Shown one piece after another: positions 41,290 to 52,759 of a stretch of 64,000 nt of DNA. How positions within the stretch are numbered: the first letter of the stretch is position 1; every line of letters starts with the position of its first letter. The DNA comes from Lama glama (Eukaryota), in contig CM052816.1 in NCBI GenBank assembly GCA_028534125.1, positions 90,522,001 to 90,586,000 of the forward strand, given 5' to 3'. The position numbers were made by a program, and so were the translations under genes. Below the pieces are notes generated by a model that saw only the letters and a list, made by a program, of their open reading frames with translations, did not search any database and was not told where the DNA came from.

Positions 41290-41665
41290 TAACCAAGACA
41301 GAGGGTTCTTAGTAGTGAGTTGTGAGAGACAGGTAAGGTTGGAGGAGGATTTTAGGACCAGATCCTGAAGGGCCTTAAAACAAAATTTTGGAGTTTGGAC
41401 GTTTTCTGTGTAGTCATCATGGGGGCCATTAAGTGTTTTTGAGCACAGGGCAACCTGAGTGGTGCAGCTTTTGGAGGAATTCACAGAGTGCCACACACGG
41501 TGTGGACAGGTGTGCGGAGAGATGAGAGATGCTATTCTCACTGGTCAGGAGTCTAACAATAAAGAGCCCAGGGCAGGTTGGAATCAAGGGCCTAGACCAA
41601 GATGGCAGCAAGGAGAACAGAAGGAAGAGAACAGTAGAAAGTGGAGAATTTCTAGACGGTTGTTG
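41290..41665 (-). mobile_element. L2 fragment
   Basis: ggaccagatcctgaagggcctt...gagtttggac...ggggccattaagtgtttttgagca. Confidence 0.65.
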
Positions 41666-42949
41666 GTGATGGACAAGTTTGTAAATCTTGGTGCCAAGAA
41701 CTCTCCAACACCAGGCCAAAGGGTAAGTTCAAATGAAGTGCACAAAGATAATCTACAAGCTAATGCTCCACTGGGTGTCTCTGGCTAAATGTGTGGCCCA
41801 GAGCACTCTGGAGCAAGCCCAGGAGCGGGAGATGTTTTATCTCATTCAGTTCATAAAGTATCCACTACCCAGTCCTGCTTCACGGCTTCTCACTTTTATT
41901 AAAGAAGCCCAGGAAAGTACTGAAGGACATGTCATCAACTTTTTTTAAATACTAAATACAATCATCTTACTTTGGAAAGGGGACTTCCTCTCCATCCATC
42001 CTTGAGGAATTTTGTAAGGAGGACTCAAGAATTAAAAGATCCATAAAATCCTTATCCAGTGATTTGAACTTGATTGTGTTGTGGTTGACATCTGCGTTCA
42101 GCCACTCTCAGAGAAGCAAGGCTGTTATTTTCAGGAACCTGGTATCTACACATTCTGTCAGTCCATGGAATTACAGCCAAGTGACCAAAACAGGCACCAG
42201 AATTCCTACATCGTGGGAAAAGAAAAAGCTAATTGTCCATCCATGTATTTCTAGTGTCACTATGGAATCACTCTGGAAGAAATGTACTTGGGAGTCTGTC
42301 CTAATATTCCATTTTCTTAATTGCATACATAAAACCTCAAAGGTTTGGAATTCACTAGTGAAAACTGAAATAAAAAAAAAACCATAATAAAGACAATTTT
42401 TTTAATATTACCTGGTAAGAAAATTCCAAATTTACAATAGATACAATGATCTGCCAGATTTATTTTTCCACCTTCCAACATCTTTGTATTTTCAGGTTGG
42501 TTAATAGTAATAGTAATAGTAATATTACAATCAACTAGTAGACCTTGGCTTCCTTCATCTGAGGAGTCAGAGATGCTAGACAGTTGGCTTCTTATAGAGT
42601 TTATCCTAAAGATCACAACCTCAAAGACATCTTCATCCCTCACTTCCCTTATGGAATCTGCTCTTTGTGGGTCTAAAGAAACATTTTCTGGCTCTAAAGA
42701 TCAAGAGCAGAAACTGTATCTTCTGGTTACTAATAAGGTCATTATTTAGTTTCCTTGGTTTGGAATGGGCAAAGCATCACTTTCGGGACAATGTGTAGCC
42801 TCCATTGCTGGGAAAAAAATGAGCATTTGGTACATGGTCAGATGAAGTCAATGATTATTTAATTTTTATGACAATAAAATAGTAAATCTTGGCACACAAT
42901 TTTGTATACAATCATGATTCTAGACTATTACAAGACAGGATATTAGAGT

Positions 42950-44180
42950 CATGCCTTGAAACTGTCTGTCTCTACAAGTCAGCCATCTTTTTCCCTGATC
43001 CCAGTGAAGAATTTATGGGACTTGCCCCTTCTGGAAGTATAATCAGCATACTACAGAGTATCCCCCAAAAGGGGAATCTGGAAACTTGAAAAGTAAGCCA
43101 GTCCCAAACTGGCTGCATTCTGGGGGGTTTGCACTGAACCCTGGAGATACAATAAAGACTAGGGTCATCCAAGCTGGACTCCAGTAGGAAAACCGTTACC
43201 TAAAGCTGAGACCTCAAAGGGAAACAAGAAATACATCACACACAAAAGGAGACCAAGCCTAAAATTAAACAAAACAAAAATTACAGCTGTATCTCAAAGG
43301 TGGTGTTGGATGAATGAAAAAGAAATCTCCTTTAGGATTTCATAGTGACAGTCTAGCCCTTACATGGGTTTTCTGTCTACATGTACGCTGATCTGAAACA
43401 TCTCAACAGAGAACTGGATTAAAGCAGTCTTGATTTTGTTACAAGCGGAAACAAGATATATCTTCTGGAGGGTCTCAAGTTCAAATCGGACCTCAAAGAA
43501 TTCCCACTAATAAACTTCCAAGGAAGATGGGCAGCTCTCATTTAAACTTCAGGAAACACACAAGGAACAGGCATCTTAATAAAAATAAGCAAAAAAAAAA
43601 AAAGCAAATAGCTGAAAGAGACATATGAAACTTCAGTATTAGAATTATTAGATACAATATAGATAACTATATTTAATTGTTTTTAAAGGACATGTTTTAA
43701 AAGAAACTTTAATATATAAGCTGGAAAGAGGCAAATTTAAAGAAATAGAACTTCCCAAGGTGAAAAGTGTAGTAATTGAAATAAAAACTCAATAAACATG
43801 AATACTTGATAATATTAAGGGATTATTGTTAATGCTGCAGAATATCCCTATTTTGAAGAAATGCATGCTATAGTATTTATCAATCAAGGGTGATGATATC
43901 TGCTACTTATTTTTAAAGGGTGCTAGAGAGACAAATGGGAAAACAGATCAATGGGTAGATGAAGGGAGGCATGGATGGATGCATGGAATGGGAAGGGATG
44001 GACAAAGAGATGGAGAGAGAGAGGGACAAGGGATAGTTGGATGGATGGATACATTGATGGGTGAATAAGCAAATATAGGAAAATGTTAACAATTTGTTTG
44101 TCTAGCTGGGTGGTTATAGGCCTGTTCACTGAACCACTCTTTCTGCTCTTCCGTACCTTGAAATTTTTCATAATAGAAGT
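42950..44180 (+). mobile_element. Degraded old L1 fragments, with an internal GGAT-rich tract (about 43950-44060)
   Basis: A-rich L1-like segments such as gtaattgaaataaaaactcaata, ttgataatattaagggattattgttaat and cttgaaatttttcataata. Confidence 0.5.
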
Positions 44181-44484
44181 TGCAAGAAAAAGTAATCTGT
44201 ATAAATAGAACAAAGAGTCCTTCCCAGTCCTTCCCTCCTTCCAAAACTCCCCCATGCTTTCCCTTCTTCTCTTCACCTGACCCTGCCCTCGTCTTCTCCC
44301 AGGTAGCAGGGAAGAAAAATGCAGTTTCCAAACTTTTCAGTGGGTACTTTTGGAAAGCTCTTCTTTATGGGGAAACAGAACTAGGTTGTCTTAAGATAAA
44401 ACTTTACTAATAGTTATTGAAATGTAGATTCTTTCCTATTTGTTGTCATTTGAGATTTTCATGATACTTCTCCTTCATTCTTTA

Positions 44485-44575
44485 TTTTATTTTTTAATTG
44501 GGATATAAGTGATGTACAATGTTATGTCAGTTACAGGCGTACAACATAGTGATTCACGACATTTAACGGTTATAT
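44485..44575 (-). mobile_element. About 90-bp L1 3'-end insertion with a 14-bp TSD
   Basis: T-rich tail plus aattgggatataagtgatgtacaatgttatgtcagttacagg, flanked by tccttcattcttta at 44471-44484 and 44576-44589. Confidence 0.88.
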
Positions 44576-45729
44576 TCCTTCATTCTTTAGTTGAGTCTAG
44601 AACTCAGCCAGTCCTTACCTCCTTATAAGAGGATGCATGTGCATACACACGCGCGCACACACAAACACACACATACCCCTTTTCCCCAACTACATTGAAT
44701 CAAAGCCCAGCTGGCCCTATTAGAATTGAACAGAATGAGGCAATGGAGCAGACCGCACAGTTTAAAACTGGATTCTTGGAGGGAGTTGAGGCTTCCTTGA
44801 GATCTCCCCAGGGAAAAGTAAAGTAAAATTTTGTCATTCTCAGAAACTCACATATGTTAATGTAATATTAAAACCAAAATGAAATCTTCCTCTTCCTGTT
44901 TAACAGAAGTTCACTTAAGTTGTCTGTGTACCACTGACGGCTTCTGCAGCACATTAGTAAGTGATGTAAAAGATTAATTTTAACAGAAATCACACTTTCG
45001 GTGGTTATTAGGCTAGCATGAAGCAAATAAGCAGACTGCCTGCGAAAGAGGCTGATGGCTGCTGGGCAGAGGGAAAGAACCGAATCACCTTGTTTTGCCG
45101 CGGGCTGTACGACAGCATTCATATTCCTTGCTTCAGTTTGCAGCTTGCTTATGTGTCTTCAACTCGTGAAATATTAGGAGAGGACCCTTCTCAGGAAGTG
45201 AGAGTCTGAACTTGACAGACATATAATCTCATCTAGAATGACAACTGCCTCGTTCCTAATCCACAAGCATTCGTTTCCACAATTTGCAATAACCTCCCAT
45301 GTGCCTGCCAAAGCGTCCTGGACAGAACTAGCAGTAGCAAGCTGGTCTTCTGCCCCACAGCCTTTTTTGCTAAAACCAGATATACAATCAAATGCTAAGA
45401 AAATATATGCCTTCAATCCTGAAACAAATATGTGAATGCAAACTACACGAAAGTAATGTGCTCCCGGAGCCGAGGTGTGTAAATCTAGTTTGCATGTGGA
45501 AATCAAGGTTGCTGTGTTCTGCCCTGACCCCCCTCCCCACCCCACCCCACCCCCAGCACATTCTGCTGCAACAAAGGTTAACAGCCTCTTTGACCCTGAC
45601 CCGCAGATAGGGGACTAGTAGTGACACTAAATGACACAAGCTGGCCTCAGACCTGGGAAGGGCAGAGAGTGGCAGAGATGGAAGGAGAGGATAAAGGAAC
45701 AAAGAATTTAGAGAGGGGTGAGCAGACCC

Positions 45730-45976
45730 TTTTTTTAAAGTAATTTTTTATTGAAATGTAGTTGATTTACAATGTTAGTTTCAGATGTACAGCAAAGTGA
45801 CTCAGTTATACACATACATACGGGTATATATTTTCTTTTCAGACTCTTTTCCATTATACGTTATTATAAGAAATTGAATATAGTTACCTGTACTATATAC
45901 AGTAGGTCCTTGTTGTTTATTTTATATATAGTAGTATGTATTTAGTCCTAATTTAACCCTGATTTTACCCTCCCCA
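45730..45976 (-). mobile_element. L1 3' end
   Basis: ttttttattgaaatgtagttgatttacaatgttagtttcagatgtacagcaaagtgactcagttata. Confidence 0.88.
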
Positions 45977-45977
45977 C

Positions 45978-46191
45978 CAGCAAACTCTTTCTGTAATGGG
46001 TCAGATAGTATATTTTTAGGCTCTGTGGGCCATTTGGTTTCGGTGGTAACTACCTAATTCTGCCCCTTCCAGTACAAAAGCAGCCAGATAGAATCTGTAA
46101 ATGCGTGGGCCTGGCCATGTTCCAATGAAACTAATTAGGAACAGACATTGAAACCTGAATTTTAGATAATTTTTACATGTCACGAAACAGT
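45978..46191. mobile_element. MER58-like hAT element, apparently resuming at about 47622-47690 after the ERV insertion
   Basis: gcaaactctttctgtaatgggtcagatagta...ggccatgttccaatgaaact...tttttacatgtcacgaaa, then ttttcagtcctctgaaagtgtgaaacccatt after the ERV. Confidence 0.7.
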
Positions 46192-46289
46192 TGTTAGGTA
46201 GTGTAACGGAACTGAGCACGGGGCAGGGGGAGAGGAAGGGGAAAGGAGCAATCCAGAGACGAGGGCTTAGGCATGAATTGAGGACCAAA

Positions 46290-46791
46290 TTCTCTACCTG
46301 TTTCAACCAGGGGGCAGGTGTTAGCTATCAGAGGTAATGGAGGAGCTGAAGGCAGCGTCTTTCCTGGGTAAGAGGGAAACGAGAGGTATATGGTGCGGAG
46401 AGCAGGGCAGGGCGTTGGTTTAGGAGAATCCCCCTCGCTAGGGGGTGTCAGTCGGGGACAGTGGGTTATTAGATGTAACCGTTACCTGAGTGGTTAATTG
46501 AAATCCTTCTAGGAGATCACTGCTGTCCCTCAGTAAGTAAAAGACATGAATGTGTAGTATTAGACCGTTTGCCTTGTCTCTTACACAAGAGCTCCAGCTG
46601 GAACAAGATGGTTGACTTTATGCTCCCATCTGTAGGCCGTGCTTCCTAACAAGGAAGTCGATATTGGGGCCAGGCAACATTACCAAAGGATAGAAGTGTT
46701 TTCTTTTAAGGGTTTGTAGATTAAAATGGTCCCAGTTGGCCAGTATGCAGCCCAAAGGAATCCCAGCAGGGATAGACTCTTGGTTTCCCAC
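46290..46791 (-). pseudogene. gag: Decayed retroviral gag N-terminus (matrix region)
   Basis: (V)GNQESIPAGIPLGCILANWDHFNLQTLKRK, then a frameshift to NVAWPQYRLPC*EARPTDGSIKSTILFQLELLCKRQGK. These match class I ERV Gag motifs (PLGCIL..W, AWPQY, QL.LFC...GK). The start codon appears as GTG. Confidence 0.85.
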
Positions 46792-47196
46792 CTGAAACAC
46801 AAGGTAGAATACAGGGGGGTTTTCAGAGCTTAGCGTCCTAAGATGAAAAGCCCGTGGACAAGGCTGACGTCTCAGCCTCTGTCCACAACCAAATTCACCC
46901 TGGAGGGTAGCCGTGCATCAGCAGCGCCCAGCGTCCTAGGGTCCTGATTCAGGGATGGAAGCTGACGTCTCAGCCTCCCTCCAGAAAGAGGGGAACGGCC
47001 ACAGTCTTACCGTGTGCTGGGTGTCTCCGTGGTCTGGCTGGAGTGATCTTCTTTAGTTTACCAGTGGCTGGTCACCCTACCGCGCCTTGTAGTCTCAGTC
47101 CAGCTGCCACAACCGGCCCCAGGAGCTTGTGCTCCGCTGGCTGGCCTTGGGGAGGGAGAGGGAAATGAAGGAGGCAAGATTAAGTTTAAGCACACC

Positions 47197-47214
47197 ATCC
47201 GAGTCACGGCACCA
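47197..47214 (-). promoter_or_regulatory. Primer-binding site complementary to tRNA-His
   Basis: Minus-strand TGGTGCCGTGACTCGGAT is the 18-nt complement of the tRNA-His(GUG) 3' end, located 7 nt downstream of the LTR end. Confidence 0.92.
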
Positions 47215-47221
47215 AAATTAA

Positions 47222-47617
47222 TGTTACCGGGAAAAGGAAAATAAGAATTACCTTGGTTCTCAGGCACCTGAAAAAAAAAGAACTTTTGATGAGAGACAAA
47301 AAGTGTGATATAAGCAAGAGTTTTATCAGCAAAGTAAAAAAAAATAATACACTCCCGAGAATTGGGAGCAAGCCAAGCCAAGAGAGGAAAAATGGCACCG
47401 CTTCCGCCTTCGTCCTGTTTTTATAGCCTGGTTTCTTGATTGATTGATTGGTTAATTGGCTGATTGGTTGATTGATTGATTGATTGATTGATTGATCAAC
47501 AACTCAAGTTCCCTGTGCTCTGGTTGATTGACAGCTCGGATTCCTTGCGCTCTGGATTTTTCCCTTCCCCTTACTCTCCCCCTGCCCAGTGCTCATTTCT
47601 ATCTAAACTACCTCACA
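47222..47617 (-). mobile_element. 5' LTR (396 bp) of the ERV
   Basis: The minus strand starts TGTGAGGTAG and ends GGTAACA. It contains a CCAAT/CAAT cluster (about 47437-47497), TATAAAA (47425-47419) and a poly(A)-signal-like GATAAA near 47322-47327. Confidence 0.85.
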
Positions 47618-48135
47618 TAGTGTTCACTTTTTCAGTCCTCTGAAAGTGTGAAACCCATTTCTATTCTATCCTTGATCATTTGCCAACCTTCAGTACTTTG
47701 TTCAAACAGCCTGGACAGACTTAAGCCAGCATGTCTGTGTCCCAAGTATCGAGAGCCATGCCTGACACTTTCTTTTTTAATAAGCACTTAGATCTTCTCA
47801 AACGAATGAATGTATAAGTGATACCAATTTATTTGGGTTTAAAGTAAGAAAATATGTGAAGACATTCTGATGCGTTCAAGGACTTTGATATAACTGTTTA
47901 CTTGCTCATAGTGCGTCATGGAGATCAGAAAAAGACATCGAGGATGCATCATTCTGTAAACGTCGTCATCTTGCGGCTGCACGTTTAGTCTCAAGCATCG
48001 CAATTTAGGACTTAAGAAGCAGGGCAGCCCCTTCACCCAGCCGCTTTCTGGTACAGCAGTTGAAGGGTTTTGCCGTTGCTCTTAACTCCGATCCATCCCA
48101 AATCCCTCATCTCGGGGGTCTTACTCGAACACCAC

Positions 48136-48522
48136 TGCCTTGGTCTACTCAGGCTGTCATAACAGAATACCGTAGATGGGGTGAACCCAGCAACAGAAAT
48201 CTATTTCTCACAGTGTCGGAGGCTGGGAGTCTGAGATCCGGATGCCAGCATGGGTTCTGGGAGGACCCTCTTCCTGGCTTGCAGACACCTGCCTTCTTAC
48301 TGTGTCCTCATATGTCAGGGAGAGAGAAAGAAGGAAAGCTGGGGTGGGGAGGCTGTCTCTTCTTATAAGGGCTTTAATACCACCGTAAAGTCCCCACACT
48401 CATAACCTCATCTAACCCTACTTATCTCCTAAAGGCATCATCTCCAAATACAGTCACACTGTGGGGTTAAGACTGTGATATATGAATTGGGGGAGGCAGA
48501 GGCACAAATATTCAGTCCATAA
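48136..48522 (-). mobile_element. MaLR solo LTR (MLT1A/B-like)
   Basis: ggctgtcataacagaatacc...caacagaaatctatttctcacagt...ggaggctgggagtctgagatc...attcagtccataac. Confidence 0.9.
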
Positions 48523-48709
48523 CGACCATCTTTTGTGTTTCTATCCTGCTCCCTGTAGTCTCAGCTCAAATAATTACTTAACACTACTTAACTTTGCCAT
48601 CCATTGACCCTGCCACTTTTCAGGGTCCTCCCTCTCCCTGGTGTCCTCTTTTTCTCACCTAGACTAAATTCCACAATGGCTCAGTTAAAGCATCCACTCA
48701 AATACATTC

Positions 48710-48840
48710 TAAACCACCAGAATCTCCCTCCACTATCCTGTGAAGTGAATGTTATCATCATCCCCATTTTACAGGTAAGAAAACTGAGGCACAAGGGAAC
48801 GGGGCCAGCCAAGATCCCAGATTTCAGAGCCTCCACTTCT
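48710..48840 (-). mobile_element. MIR fragment
   Basis: atccccattttacaggtaagaaaactgaggcaca. Confidence 0.8.
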
Positions 48841-49118
48841 TCTTGTTTGGTTAAGTTGATTCACCTGGTCATTTGCTGCAGCTGGTTTGCTAGTGACTCC
48901 ACTACGGAGTTGGTTTAACCGGAACTACTCCAAGCGCGGCCTGCTGACCAGGGGCCCCTGTAAACTGGTTGTTACCAGTTCACCATGGCGACGTCGCTTC
49001 AGAAAATCTGGTACTTGCCTTCTGGGCATCTTTTTTTAATTTCATTTTTCTAGTAGTTTATTTAATTGTATTTTATAGAAGTAACAATCCAGGATGGATT
49101 TGAAATTAAAAAACAAAT

Positions 49119-49280
49119 GGAGGGGAGGGTAGAGCTCAGTGGCAGCGTGAGTGCTTAGAGTGCCTAAGGTCCTGGGTTCAATCCCCAGTACCCCTATTAA
49201 AAAAATGAATAAAAAATAAATAAACCTAATTACTCCCTCCCACCAAAAAAATAAATAAAAATACAAACAAACAGAAAAAA
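49119..49280 (+). mobile_element. tRNA-Ala-derived SINE (camelid Vic-1 type)
   Basis: ggggagggtagagctcagtggcagcg...ggtcctgggttcaatccccagtacc (A and B boxes) plus the tail aaataaataaacctaattactccc and an A-rich end. Confidence 0.85.
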
Positions 49281-49714
49281 ACATTTTTTCACAGATAATT
49301 TTTAACACTCTAGTTTAAACAACTAAAAATGCAAGTATATTTATTCCAGTATGTTCTAGATTCCAATTTTATTGAAAGAGAAAATTTGTCCTATGGGATT
49401 AAATGACAATTCCAATTAAATGACACAGAGAACTTTAACATGGAAACTCAGTCCAAAGCCTTTTGAAATAAAAAAGTATTAAATATCTTTTCCAACTTCC
49501 CCCAACTCTTCACATCCCCCTTGTTACACATCTTTTTACCTAAATATGCGGATGATTATCAAATGGCAATATTTTTAATTTCATGCAAAATAACAATTTG
49601 AACCTTTTTATTGCCTATTTTGCTAAATACACCATGCTTTTTCTCATTATTGGAATTTAAAACTACTAGTTAGAGAAAATCAATAGTACATGGTCTTGTA
49701 GTTTTACTTAAATT

Positions 49715-49880
49715 AGGATTTCCAGAATACCTGGAAAACTTGTTAAAAGAGAGACTCCTGGGCCCAGCCCCAGAGATTCCAGTTCAGCAGGTCTGGGATG
49801 GCCCTGGAGTTTCCATCCCTAACAAGCTCCCATGTGGTGCTGATGCTGCGGATATGCCCGCCAAAGTTTGAAGAAGCACA
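49715..49880. mobile_element. MER5A-like DNA element
   Basis: cagaatacctggaaaacttgttaaaa...ctgggcccagccccagagattc...cagcaggtctggg...gctgatgctgc. Confidence 0.75.
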
Positions 49881-51066
49881 AAAAATACCAGGTTACTCTG
49901 TGAATTCAGCTGAAATAGTAATTCATTCGATTATTTTTGTATGTTAAATATAATTTAGCAACTTAAAAACTAAAAGTGTGTTTTTAAATAGATTCAGATT
50001 AAAATCCGAGCTATTTGAGAAACGTCAGCTCTTAAGATGACTATGGCAAACGATAGTCACACTTTCCAGCGCATAGCACTTTACACATTGTGGTGTTTCG
50101 TAAATGTCAGCAGAAAAGAAAGGAAGTGGAGAGTGACAGAGAGTGTGGGGCCTCGCCTAGTTCCGTAAAACGCTTGGGAGTGGAGCTATCGGGATTTCGG
50201 GTCATGCATGTGTTGATCCATTCTGGTATAATCATGAACGTAAACTAACCCGTATTTTGCCAAATAGGCTCCTCTTCTCGTTTGAGCCCTCTTCCAATTC
50301 AAAAATATTGCCAAAGAATATCCTCAGATTGTTTGCAATATCACAAAACTCCCAGAGAACTGGGATTCTGAGCTTTCCCATTCTCCATCTTCCCTGCTTT
50401 CCATGCGTCCTTCTCAGGAGCAAACCCAGAACTCCCTGCCCTCATGTGTGTAGTCTGGTCTCTAATTCAGTCCCCCGTAGCAGGCCTCCTGTCCATCCGT
50501 CTCCCATAGATGTAGTGACATCTTCCGGATTAGCCCAAGCGTCAGCTGACGGTTAGGGTGTATGCAGCCCAGCAAGCTCATGTCTTTATCATCCTCATTA
50601 GTTGGTAACAGGCAAGCTACTTCCTAGTTAAATATTTTATCTTAGGCTATCTCAGATTGATCACTACTCTAAGGCTTCTATTACAATTCTTCAGCTACAT
50701 CCTGCGTGTCTGTGCAACTTAAATAAACATTTCGTTCATGCTAATATAGGGTCAGCTTAATAGACGGCCACATATCAGCCATCTGTGCTGTATCCCCATC
50801 ATTCTTCTTGACATCTGTGAATAACAACTCAACCAATGGTTCTAGCAATGCCTTCAAGAGGTTGCTTTTCCATACGTTAGCACCCATACATCTTATAGAA
50901 AAGAAAGTTGAGGCCTAGAGAATTAAACTAATTTGCACAGTGGAATAATACTTACACAAGCTCTATATCCCAGTTCTCACTCTGATTCTGTTTATTTGGT
51001 CAAAGTGAAGAACCATATCAAACATATTCAGCTAGAGTCCATGTAGGTGGGAGATGGGAGGGAGTA

Positions 51067-51566
51067 NNNNNNNNNNNNNNNNNNNNNNNNNNNNNNNNNN
51101 NNNNNNNNNNNNNNNNNNNNNNNNNNNNNNNNNNNNNNNNNNNNNNNNNNNNNNNNNNNNNNNNNNNNNNNNNNNNNNNNNNNNNNNNNNNNNNNNNNNN
51201 NNNNNNNNNNNNNNNNNNNNNNNNNNNNNNNNNNNNNNNNNNNNNNNNNNNNNNNNNNNNNNNNNNNNNNNNNNNNNNNNNNNNNNNNNNNNNNNNNNNN
51301 NNNNNNNNNNNNNNNNNNNNNNNNNNNNNNNNNNNNNNNNNNNNNNNNNNNNNNNNNNNNNNNNNNNNNNNNNNNNNNNNNNNNNNNNNNNNNNNNNNNN
51401 NNNNNNNNNNNNNNNNNNNNNNNNNNNNNNNNNNNNNNNNNNNNNNNNNNNNNNNNNNNNNNNNNNNNNNNNNNNNNNNNNNNNNNNNNNNNNNNNNNNN
51501 NNNNNNNNNNNNNNNNNNNNNNNNNNNNNNNNNNNNNNNNNNNNNNNNNNNNNNNNNNNNNNNNNN
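51067..51566. other. Assembly gap (500 N)
   Basis: Run of N. The round length suggests a placeholder size. Confidence 1.
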
Positions 51567-52024
51567 TCCTTCTCTTTCCCCACGGCTTGGCCACCAGGTT
51601 CCTGGGTGGCATCACCTTCCACACGCACAACTTATCTGAAGCCCTGGGCTCTCAGCATCTTCACTTCCTCTTATTCAATAACCTCCTCACCCCTTCAGCC
51701 ACCTTCTTCCCCATTTACCAGGAAAACTGTCACCATGCAAACATCTCCACCTCCAAAGCTTCAAATTCAAGTGTCCTGCTCCGTGACTCAAACATGCTTT
51801 TCCAACTACTCTTACCGTGACTGTGGTTTGGCTTCTCCGGGATGTTTATCCCACTGACTGCTTTTCCTTTCTTCCCGTCCATCGGTCTCCTGGTTCTTCA
51901 CTCCCTCCCAGTCTGATTGTCATGCAATGGCCACCATATCAACAACAATCTTGCCAGGTCCCTAACTGGGTTTGGAGGTCTAGGTTTCTGTCACATGCAC
52001 CTAGAAGAATCCAATCCTGGAGTT

Positions 52025-52572
52025 TGTATCATTTGTATCATTATTTTAGAGTCTACATATAAGTCATCTCATATGGTATTTTTCTTTCTCTTTCCAGCTT
52101 ACTTCACTTAGAATGATGATCTCCAGGTCCATCCATGTTGCCGCAAATGGCTTTTTTTGGCTGAGTAGTATTCCATTGTATAAATATACCACAACTTCTT
52201 TATCCAGTCATCTGTCAATGGACATTTAGATTGTTTCCACATCATGGCTGCTGTGAACATTGGGGTGCATGTATCTTTTCAAATTAAAGGTTTTGTCTTT
52301 TATGGTTATATGCCTAGGAGCTGGACTGCTGGATCATATGGTAAGTCTATCTTTAGTTTTATAAGGAATCTCCATACTGTCTTCCACAGTGGCTGCACCA
52401 ATTTACATTCTCACCACCAGTGTACGAGGGTACCCTTTTCTCCACAGCTTCTCCAGCATTTATTATTTCTAGACATTTTGATAATAGCCATTATGGCCAG
52501 TGTGAGGCAATACCTCATTGTAGTTTGAATGTGCATTTCTCTAACAATTAGCCATGTTGAGCATTTTGTCAC
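52025..52572 (-). mobile_element. L1 fragment (ORF2 end and start of 3'UTR) lacking the tail, within L2-like sequence
   Basis: cttacttcacttagaatgatgatctccaggtccatccatgttg...ggctgcaccaatttacattc...tacctcattgtagttt. Confidence 0.9.
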
Positions 52573-52759
52573 ATTCCTGAAGAGTTCAACCGTACTTCGT
52601 TATCACTCCCTACTCCAGAAGTTTTTCAGTCATTTTTTCCTCTAGCTGTTCCCTACCTATATGAAATTTCAATACCACAAATCCACTGTATACCTGTATA
52701 TGTGCCATATGTGTTCCTGTGGCATACGTATACAAAGAGTAAGATATTTTTACTTCAGA

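Larger units (their letters stand above)
46192..47617 (-). mobile_element. Truncated, rearranged ERV1 (gamma-like, His-PBS) element: LTR-PBS-leader-gag on minus, plus an inverted U3 piece at the left end
   Basis: TG...CA termini with flanks cagt/tagt. The LTR, PBS and gag remnant are listed separately below. Confidence 0.88.

Noticed and set aside
49119..49195. tRNA-Ala-like gene (also at about 60553-60626)
   Set aside because: The cloverleaf is degenerate and both copies share the same SINE tail and A-rich end, so they are SINE heads rather than tRNA genes.
51028..51857. Long ORFs of 198-267 aa
   Set aside because: Artefacts of translating through the 500-N gap.
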